From assembly GCA_007125165.1 (NCBI GenBank), contig SLDV01000075.1, forward strand, positions 25,927 through 89,926: 64,000 nt of DNA. Direction: 5' to 3'. Within the stretch, counting starts at the first letter, position 1; every line of letters begins with the position of its first letter. Of the stretch, positions 57,006-64,000 are shown in pieces. Below the pieces are notes generated by a model, which was not told the origin of the DNA, ran no database searches, and worked only from the letters and a program-made list of their open reading frames with translations. This DNA comes from Geobacteraceae bacterium (GTDB taxonomy: Bacteria > Desulfobacterota > Desulfuromonadia > Desulfuromonadales > Geopsychrobacteraceae). Position numbers and translations under genes: made by a program.

Positions 57006-59198
57006 TTATAAAAATGAAACCCGCCGCTTCTGTGGGTCAGGTTCACTCTTTTTTGTTGTATCAGTTTTTGTTATATCAGTCTTTCTTTGTGAAGTTTCTT
57101 CGACGATGCCGAGTCGACCCTTTAAATGCTCGACCTTATCAGACACGTCCCGATATTTGCTGTCCTGAGACAGAACATTGCGGTAGCTGACCAGGGCGTC
57201 CTCATGACGCTCAGCCCGCTCATACAGCAGACCAAGTTCATAACCGAGATTAAGGCGCTGAATATCTTCAAGATGGGGAGAGTCCAGTGCCAGTTGAAAC
57301 ATGTTTTCCGCACTCTGATAATCACCCTTGTCGGAGAAAATCAAGCCTTTCAACATCTGACAGTCAACGTAGCGAACCGGATCTTTCTGAGCCTTCTCAA
57401 ACTCACTGATAGCATCATCCAAAAGACCCATCTCACGATAGGCAATTCCCAGATTGTAATGAGATTCCATGTCGTCAGCGGCAATCTGCTCATCAACATC
57501 AGTTTTAAACACCTTCTTTTCCGGAGCCTCAATCGATCGAAGTTGATCCAGTTCAGAATCAAAATCGAAATCTCCAAATCCAAAACTGCCTGCACTTTCA
57601 GCTTCTGCGCCTGCGCCTTCTGAGTCGCGCTTCTGTGCCTCTGCCTGACGTTGCTCTTCTATTTCTTCGAGCTTACGGCGACATTCCTGAGAATCGGGGG
57701 CGTAGGCAAGAATATCGTTGCACAGTCTTTCCGCATCAGCAAAAAGACCCTGCTGAAGATAGAATTCAGCTTCTTCGAGATCGGCTTGAAGGTTTTCCGT
57801 TTTACGAGCAGTATCTCCAGAGGTATCGTCTTCCATGTCCAGATTGAAAACCGTATCCAGGTCTTCCTCTTCATCCGTCATGTCTTCACTTGCAAAATCA
57901 ATTTCCTCAGAGATATCCAACTCTATATAAGCTTCTGCAGATTTATCTGCAGAAGCTGTCTCAACCTCATCATCATCCAGTTCGAGCAACAGATCGATAT
58001 TATCGTCCTCAAGCACACCGTAGGCGTACTGATCGTCCGCATCTGTTTCTTCATCACCTTCAATATCCAGGTCCACCGAACCGAGCAACGAATCGGACAG
58101 GGTTTCTTCTGCTGGAGACTCCACCTCATCTTCCCGCTCGGAAATAATGTCCAGCAATTTTCCGCCCTCACCGGTCAATTCGTAAATCGAATCGAGGGTT
58201 TGAACGATAACTGGTGTATTCGGCATCTCACCATTCAAAAGTTCATAAAAACCTTTAAGGGTTTCCAGTCGGCCCCCCTTGAAGAAAGTATCTTTCCACT
58301 CTTCCAACTCGTTCAGGGCCAGTTCAAAATGCTTGTTGTCAATCTCGCACTGAATAAGTGCTTCACGGATATTCAGATCGGTGGGATCCTTCTGCAACAA
58401 TTGACGATAGGTTTCAACAGCACGCAGATAATTTCCTGACAGAGCGTATCCCTTACTGAGTTGACGTAGCAGATCAGGGTCACCCGGTTTGTCCTTCAGC
58501 AAGGTTTCAAGAATGGTCGTTCCCCTGACATAATCTTCTTTTTCATAGAAGGTATCAGCAAGACCTGTCTGTAATTGCCGGTTGCCGGGGAAATGGGGAA
58601 GGAACATCGTATACAGCTTAAGACATTTATCGTGATCACCTTTATCGTTAAGGACATCGAGAGTCGCTAGTAATTCCTCGAAACCTTCCTCCTTGCGATC
58701 ATTGTTGGTAAGCACTTCAGCCAGTTTGACCCGTACATTCAGGTTGTTCGGGTCAAGATCGCGCATTTTTTCAAGGGTTTTTATTTCGTCAGCAATCAGT
58801 TCATTGCGCTCATAATAATCGACCAGGTGGCGGTACTCTGCCATGGCATTGCCAACCAGACCCTGTTTCTGATTCAAATCCGCTAACCGGCTGTAAATGG
58901 AAACCTGACTGGGGTCGAGACGTTGCATCTGCTTGTAGATAGCAATCGCCTTCGTATAGAAACCGTTGCTGGAATAATACTTGGCAACTGCTTCATATTG
59001 TTCGTAAGCTTCAGCCGACTTATTGGTACGTACGTACAGTTCGGCCAGCTTTTGCCGGGACCGGATATCCCCAGGCTCCAGTTCAACAACCTTGGCGTAA
59101 TCCTTGATAGCCTTGGCAAACTGCTTTTTATTCAGGTTTTTCTGTGCTGATTCCAGCAACTTGTCTTTGTTCGTAGCCAAAAAAAACCCCGCATTCAA
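57006..59198 (-). CDS. Large TPR protein with ~130-aa highly acidic central linker
   Basis: 730 aa. N-terminal ~330 aa and C-terminal ~200 aa are TPR units. The centre is D/E-rich (DIEGDEETDADDQ..LELDDDEVE..MTDEEEDLD). Confidence 0.8.
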   Translation of the reverse strand: MNAGFFLATNKDKLLESAQKNLNKKQFAKAIKDYAKVVELEPGDIRSRQKLAELYVRTNKSAEAYEQYEAVAKYYSSNGFYTKAIAIYKQMQRLDPSQVSIYSRLADLNQKQGLVGNAMAEYRHLVDYYERNELIADEIKTLEKMRDLDPNNLNVRVKLAEVLTNNDRKEEGFEELLATLDVLNDKGDHDKCLKLYTMFLPHFPGNRQLQTGLADTFYEKEDYVRGTTILETLLKDKPGDPDLLRQLSKGYALSGNYLRAVETYRQLLQKDPTDLNIREALIQCEIDNKHFELALNELEEWKDTFFKGGRLETLKGFYELLNGEMPNTPVIVQTLDSIYELTGEGGKLLDIISEREDEVESPAEETLSDSLLGSVDLDIEGDEETDADDQYAYGVLEDDNIDLLLELDDDEVETASADKSAEAYIELDISEEIDFASEDMTDEEEDLDTVFNLDMEDDTSGDTARKTENLQADLEEAEFYLQQGLFADAERLCNDILAYAPDSQECRRKLEEIEEQRQAEAQKRDSEGAGAEAESAGSFGFGDFDFDSELDQLRSIEAPEKKVFKTDVDEQIAADDMESHYNLGIAYREMGLLDDAISEFEKAQKDPVRYVDCQMLKGLIFSDKGDYQSAENMFQLALDSPHLEDIQRLNLGYELGLLYERAERHEDALVSYRNVLSQDSKYRDVSDKVEHLKGRLGIVEETSQRKTDITKTDTTKKSEPDPQKRRVSFL

Positions 59199-59342
59199 CA
59201 GAAAGTAAGCAAGATTTCATATCTGTTTATTGTACAAAAATAAAACCTTGTCGTTAAATTAACTATATCCCCATAAAACCGTACACTCATAACTGTTAAC
59301 ATGTAAATAAAAAAAAGTAAATACTAATGAACAGAAAGCTAC

Positions 59343-60056
59343 TCAACCCGAAGATTTAAGTTTTTTGACCTCCGCAGCCGATAAAGCTCGGTAAGTTCCC
59401 GTCCGCAGTCCGTCAAGGGTAAGAAATGCGATTTTTATACGCTTAAGGCGAACAACCGTGAGTCCGAAAAATTCACACATTCGCCGCACCTGACGGTTGC
59501 GCCCTTCACGTAATGTCACTTCAAACCAGCAGTTGTTAGCGACAGCACGGACGTTTTTAACTTTGGCGGGTAACGTCATCCCATCTTCGAGCAACACTCC
59601 ACGGCTCATCTGTTCTGCCATCGCCCCGGTGAATCGACCGCGCACCTTGACCAGATAAGTCTTCTCGACCTTCTTGCCGGGATGGCTCAAAGCGTGTGAG
59701 AGGTCTCCGTCATTGGTCAGCAACAGAAGCCCCTCACTATTGTAATCGAGGCGACCGACCGGAAACAACCGTTCAGGAATATCCTTGACCAGATCAGTCA
59801 CTAGCGTTCTGCCCTGCGGATCTTTCAGTGAGCAGACGTATCCTCTAGGTTTATTAAGGAGTACGGTGATCTTTTGTTCTTCACTTTTAAGGGGAGCACC
59901 ATCAATCTTGATCTGATCAATTTTAAGATCAGCACTCTGACCCAGATGTGCTGTTCTGTTATTGACAGTCACGCGTCCCTGACGGATCCATTCTTCAGCC
60001 TGGCGCCGCGATGCCAGCCCTGCCCGTGAAATCAATTTCTGTAAACGTTCCTGCAT
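59343..60056 (-). CDS. rluB: Pseudouridine synthase (RsuA/RluB family)
   Basis: S4 domain RLQKLISRAGLASRRQAEEWI. Catalytic GRLDYNSEGLLLLTNDG. Confidence 0.85.
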   Translation of the reverse strand: MQERLQKLISRAGLASRRQAEEWIRQGRVTVNNRTAHLGQSADLKIDQIKIDGAPLKSEEQKITVLLNKPRGYVCSLKDPQGRTLVTDLVKDIPERLFPVGRLDYNSEGLLLLTNDGDLSHALSHPGKKVEKTYLVKVRGRFTGAMAEQMSRGVLLEDGMTLPAKVKNVRAVANNCWFEVTLREGRNRQVRRMCEFFGLTVVRLKRIKIAFLTLDGLRTGTYRALSAAEVKKLKSSG

Positions 60057-60275
60057 CTGTTATTGCTCCGGTGCGTCAACATCCTCATCGCAGGGCAGAC
60101 CCCCTGCCCCTGTAAAAAAAATTATTTGGTTATCCACTTCGCTCCAAACTATAACGGTTAGAAGATCCCGACCGATGCGACCTGCTAATAATCCATATCC
60201 TGTTTTCTGCTGTACTGGAGCTAACTGGACAACCAGAAAAAATTAAATCTTTAGCCACGGAACCGATATCTATGG

Positions 60276-60833
60276 TTATTGATCGTTCGGTTCAAGGGGG
60301 AGGGCTTCAGCAAGATCCGGGTCCAACGCCGCAAATTCTTTCAAAGTCGGCAGATCATTGAGATCTTTAAGCCCGAACACTTCCAGAAAAAATCGACTGG
60401 TTCCATACAACAGCGGACGTCCGGGCACATCTTTTTTTCCCAGAATACGCAGCAGATTACGTTCCAGCAGGGTCTTCATGACGCCTCCGGAATCTACTCC
60501 ACGCAGATATTCGATTTCTGCTCTGGTCACCGGCTGTCGATAAGCGATAATAGCCAGGGTCTCCAGAGCCGCCGGCGATATTTTAGCTGGTCGCTCTTTC
60601 TGCAGCCGCCGCAATCCGGGGGCAAGATCGGGATTGGTTCGAAACTGAAAACCGCCGGCCACTTCCTGCAAATGAACACCGCGGCCGCTGGCATTGTACT
60701 GCTCCATCAGATCGCTGATGACTGATCTAATCACGACCTTATCAGCCTCCGCCAGCTCCGCCAGTTTATCGATAGATAACGGCGATCCGGAAACAAACAA
60801 GAAAGCCTCAACCAGAGCCTTAAGCTCAGTCAT
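60276..60833 (-). CDS. scpB: Segregation and condensation protein B
   Basis: Start set at ATG 60833 (MTELKALVEAFLFVSG), which overlaps the scpA stop by 8 nt. ETLAIIAYRQPVTRAEIEYLRGVDS. Confidence 0.9.
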   Translation of the reverse strand: MTELKALVEAFLFVSGSPLSIDKLAELAEADKVVIRSVISDLMEQYNASGRGVHLQEVAGGFQFRTNPDLAPGLRRLQKERPAKISPAALETLAIIAYRQPVTRAEIEYLRGVDSGGVMKTLLERNLLRILGKKDVPGRPLLYGTSRFFLEVFGLKDLNDLPTLKEFAALDPDLAEALPLEPNDQ

Positions 60834-61596
60834 AGTCAAGAACCTCTTCGTCAATATGCAGACGTTGTATGTGCTCGGTCGAAGCTGTGCGCGACAACCA
60901 GATATCGCTGAAGGATGCCACTTGCTCAATTCTGATCGCCTGCATGCGAATCAATTCAAGCATGGCCAGAAAAGTCACTACCAGCTCAGCACGATTGCAG
61001 TGATCCGCAAAGAACTCGCGAAACGCCACGCGCGTATGTTCAGTGACCCGGCGGCTGATTTTTTCAATATAGTCAGCAACTGACAGACTCTCACGGACAA
61101 CCTCATGAAACACCTCTGTTTTCACACTATTCATCAACATGTGAAAAGCATTCGCCAGTTGATAAACGCTGATTGTCATATCAACGTTGTGCGTCATTGT
61201 TCCAGCAAAAACTTCACTGTTAGAATCATGGGGCAAGAAGATGTCACGATCAAGTTGAGGCATCTGATCAAACATTGATCCGGCCTGCTTGTAGCGTTGA
61301 TATTCGAGCAGTCGCTTGATCAGTTCGGCACGTGGGTCCTCCCCCTCTTCGTCACTCACCTCTTCGCTGACCGGCAACAGCATACGCGACTTGATATGAA
61401 TCAACTGTGCAGCCATCAGCAAAAACTCACCGGCAACATCAAGATCAAGCTGTTTCATGCGGTCGATAATGGCAAGGTATTGTTCAGTAATTTCACCGAT
61501 ACGGATATCATAGATATCCATTTCCTGACTCTTTATCAGGTGTAACAACAGGTCCAACGGTCCCGAAAATTTTTCTAGTTTGATGTCAACCGACAT
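60826..61596 (-). CDS. scpA: Segregation and condensation protein A
   Basis: FSGPLDLLLHLIKSQEMDIYDIRIGEITEQYL..ELVVTFLAMLEL. Confidence 0.9.
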   Translation of the reverse strand: MSVDIKLEKFSGPLDLLLHLIKSQEMDIYDIRIGEITEQYLAIIDRMKQLDLDVAGEFLLMAAQLIHIKSRMLLPVSEEVSDEEGEDPRAELIKRLLEYQRYKQAGSMFDQMPQLDRDIFLPHDSNSEVFAGTMTHNVDMTISVYQLANAFHMLMNSVKTEVFHEVVRESLSVADYIEKISRRVTEHTRVAFREFFADHCNRAELVVTFLAMLELIRMQAIRIEQVASFSDIWLSRTASTEHIQRLHIDEEVLDYD

Positions 61597-61611
61597 TGAA
61601 CCCCATTAGCC

Positions 61612-61639
61612 GTAAGGGCACGGCACGTCGTGCCCCTAC
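61612..61639. repeat. REP-like GC palindrome (GGGCACG-N6-CGTGCCC core)
   Basis: gtaagggcacggcacgtcgtgcccctac, related to the palindrome at 20658-20681. Confidence 0.5.
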
Positions 61640-61679
61640 AATCGTCGCTGGATATTAGGTAAGTTTTTACGACGCCATC

Positions 61680-62366
61680 TTAATGACCAAAAAGAAAGCG
61701 CATGGCCTGCTCAACCAGCGCCATCTGCTTGCCGGCCATCAGCAGAACAAGAAAATTGATAACAGGTGCTAAAACCAGCGACCAGAGATTGGTAAAGAAA
61801 ACCAGCAGAACAATGAGAATCAGACCAAAAGGTTCCAAACGCGACAACAGAGCTGCATAAAAATCAGGGATGAAGCCCATGAGGATTCGCCCGCCATCCA
61901 ATGGAGGCACAGGAAGAAGATTAAAGACGGCCAGAAGCACATTGATATAGAGACTGAAGGCAACCATCATTTTTAGCGGTGTCAGCATCTGTACAATCAA
62001 GCCTGCATCCCCGGAAGACGCCGGCTCAAGCCAGACCAGTAAACGAAGCAGGATGGCCGAGAACAAGGCCAGCATCAGATTGGTGAGAGGGCCGGCCAGA
62101 GCGACCCAGACCATGTCTTTACGCGGACGACGAAAGTTGGACGGATTGACCGGAACCGGCTTGGCCCAGCCAAAACCGAAAACAAAAACCGCGATACTGC
62201 CGATGGGATCCAGATGTTTAAAAGGATTCAGGTTCAAACGACCGAGTAAACGAGCGGTAGGATCGCCAAAACGATCTGCGACATAGCCGTGGGAAACCTC
62301 GTGCAGCATGATCGCCAGCAAAGCAGGAACCAGCATCACAGCTAACTTTGAAAGAACATCCTCCAT
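61680..62366 (-). CDS. Site-2 protease family (M50) membrane metalloprotease
   Basis: 228 aa. HEVSHG (HExxH) in TM1, LPVPPLDGG motif. Confidence 0.85.
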   Translation of the reverse strand: MEDVLSKLAVMLVPALLAIMLHEVSHGYVADRFGDPTARLLGRLNLNPFKHLDPIGSIAVFVFGFGWAKPVPVNPSNFRRPRKDMVWVALAGPLTNLMLALFSAILLRLLVWLEPASSGDAGLIVQMLTPLKMMVAFSLYINVLLAVFNLLPVPPLDGGRILMGFIPDFYAALLSRLEPFGLILIVLLVFFTNLWSLVLAPVINFLVLLMAGKQMALVEQAMRFLFGH

Positions 62367-62458
62367 GGAACTCCTGTATAACTCAAGTCACGCTGGATCA
62401 GTCGATCAAATCCACGTATATACATCATTACTTCAACAGCCAACAACCTGACGACACT

Positions 62459-64000
62459 CTAGTTGAGTTGCGGTTTCCGGTCAACTGAGCTGTTCGTGCG
62501 GCTCTTCATTTTATCCACCAGGATATTTTTACGCACCCATTCGATTTCATCATTATGGGTCTTTACATGACCGTCAAGACGCGCATTCAGCAATTGTTGA
62601 AATATCTGCTGAAACTCAGGCCCTGGTGATAGCCCCAGCCGAACCAGATCCTTTCCGTCAATCTGTATCGTTACTCGCCGCAAGTCGGTCACATACAGGG
62701 AAATCCACTGGCGCGCGCCATCCTCTTCACTGCGTGCCATCAGATAGAGCAGTGTCTCAACTGTGAATGGTTCAAACCAGTGGTATATCTCACTATTGGT
62801 GGGACTTTTACGGTAACGCAACATGCGACTCATCGTTCGCAACAAGCGCACGGCCTGGGGCAGCTCGTCAACAACAGACTTTTCGTCCGGACGCATGGCA
62901 AACCAGCGGCTCACCTTGCGCAGTCCGCCCGGCGGCAGACCATCGAACAGACACAACATAAAAACCAGCCAGCGCCGACAGGGCTTTCCGGTATAAAGCA
63001 ATTCATACCAGTTAGCCGCCCTGTCTGCGGCCTTTAATAGGTTTGTTGCTGCCGTATCAAACTTTATTCTTTTGTCAATAATCTGTAGCAGGCCAAACTG
63101 GTTCAGCCGTTCCATAGCCGGCACAATATGAGCCTCATTGAGAATAAGCTTCAACTCATTGAAAATTCTGACTCCCCCTGCCTTACGGACCATCTTTAAT
63201 TGCACGGCACTGCGCATTAACCGCTCCGTCTGTCGACCAATACGAAAATTCAGACGCTGTTCGAAACGGACGGCGCGATACAGCCTGGTAGGATCCTCAA
63301 TAAAACTCAGATTGTGCAACACCCGGATCGATTTGTCGCGCAGATCTCGCTGACCTCCGTAAAAATCAAGGACCAGACCAAAGCTGTCCGGATTCAGAGA
63401 GATTGTTAAGGTGTTAATAGTAAAGTCACGGCGATAAAGATCATGACGGATAGAGGCATCTTCCACTCGCGGAAGAGTTGCCGGACTGTCATAATACTCC
63501 ATTCTGGCTGTGGCGACATCCACTTTAAAACCATCCGGAAAAACAATGACAGCGGTACCAAACTTTTCGTGCTCACGGATACGACATGTAACCCTGGTCG
63601 CAAAAGTGCGGGCAAAAGCAATACCATCACCCTCCACCACAATATCAATATCCAGATTTTTCTGGCGTAGCAACAAATCCCTGACAAAGCCTCCGACAAG
63701 ATACGCGCGCACGCCGATCTCATCAGCAATCATTCCAAATTGTTGCAGCAGTTTCCGCACAGATGGGGGCAACTGAGTTGAAATATAACGATCAAGGTTT
63801 TTACGTCGCGTCTGCAGGCCACGTCGTTCGAGTCGTTCACGTTCTGCTTCTTCGGTCACTGCGGTATTGCCCAGCATATAACGCAACAAGTCTGTACGTG
63901 TCACCAGCCCGACAAGCTTTCCATGCTCGACTACCGGTACAGTGCGCTGGTGATGTTCCACAATAACCCGTTGCAACTCCTGAAGAGAGGCACCGGGGGC
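62459..64000 (-). CDS. CBS-domain poly(A) polymerase/CCA-adding nucleotidyltransferase family protein; 5' end outside window
   Basis: GGFVRDLLL head-domain motif. CBS segment VPVVEHGKLVGLVTRTDLL. My translation shows the frame stays open from 63976 to the window edge. Confidence 0.8.
   Translation of the reverse strand, partial: APGASLQELQRVIVEHHQRTVPVVEHGKLVGLVTRTDLLRYMLGNTAVTEEAERERLERRGLQTRRKNLDRYISTQLPPSVRKLLQQFGMIADEIGVRAYLVGGFVRDLLLRQKNLDIDIVVEGDGIAFARTFATRVTCRIREHEKFGTAVIVFPDGFKVDVATARMEYYDSPATLPRVEDASIRHDLYRRDFTINTLTISLNPDSFGLVLDFYGGQRDLRDKSIRVLHNLSFIEDPTRLYRAVRFEQRLNFRIGRQTERLMRSAVQLKMVRKAGGVRIFNELKLILNEAHIVPAMERLNQFGLLQIIDKRIKFDTAATNLLKAADRAANWYELLYTGKPCRRWLVFMLCLFDGLPPGGLRKVSRWFAMRPDEKSVVDELPQAVRLLRTMSRMLRYRKSPTNSEIYHWFEPFTVETLLYLMARSEEDGARQWISLYVTDLRRVTIQIDGKDLVRLGLSPGPEFQQIFQQLLNARLDGHVKTHNDEIEWVRKNILVDKMKSRTNSSVDRKPQLN

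Noticed and set aside
56861-57190. 109-aa plus-strand ORF starting MTHYSPLPVGEGQGEGE
   Set aside because: It is generated by MITE copy E and then runs antisense into the TPR gene.
57651-58439. 262-aa plus-strand ORF, plus neighbours 57126..57623 and 57890..58147
   Set aside because: It is antisense to the TPR gene and is a shadow of a repetitive, acidic coding region.
60127-60145. Replication origin, suggested by a TTATCCAC DnaA box
   Set aside because: There is a single 8-of-9 box, no cluster of boxes, no AT-rich unwinding element and no dnaA or dnaN nearby.

Overview
This 64-kb window looks like core chromosome of a Desulfuromonadales/Geobacter-like deltaproteobacterium. That placement is an inference from gene content only: multihaem cytochrome, sigma-54 two-component pair, PxxKW Cys-rich protein, split MetH, many TPR proteins. 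I support about 60 CDS. They are mostly housekeeping genes in long, translationally coupled minus-strand operons: purB, pfk, coaBC, rlmN, ndk, rdgB, rph, amidase, copA, hfq-miaA-mutL, scpAB, rluB, an Mla-type lipid ABC system and an M16 peptidase pair. I found no rRNA, tRNA, CRISPR array, transposase, integrase, prophage or recognisable defence or toxin-antitoxin genes. I do not see a convincing new multi-gene protein system. The signals the gene map does not explain are noncoding. (1) A roughly 165-bp MITE-like element occurs in 5 copies with imperfect terminal inverted repeats; two copies have perfect 8-bp target-site duplications. (2) A near-consensus promoter drives a roughly 160-nt rod-shaped RNA with a central bubble (6S-like) directly upstream of the amidase-rph-rdgB operon; G.U pairs place it on the minus strand. 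(3) A perfect TTGACA-16-TATAAT promoter lies about 25 nt upstream of a canonical plus-strand terminator hairpin, antisense to its neighbours, which makes it a candidate sRNA of about 57 nt. (4) A 57-nt perfect hairpin and other repeat families sit downstream of hfq, including a shared motif with a DnaA-box-like core. Several unusual protein architectures and couplings are flagged at lower interest. All homology calls come from motif recognition by eye, and no searches were run.
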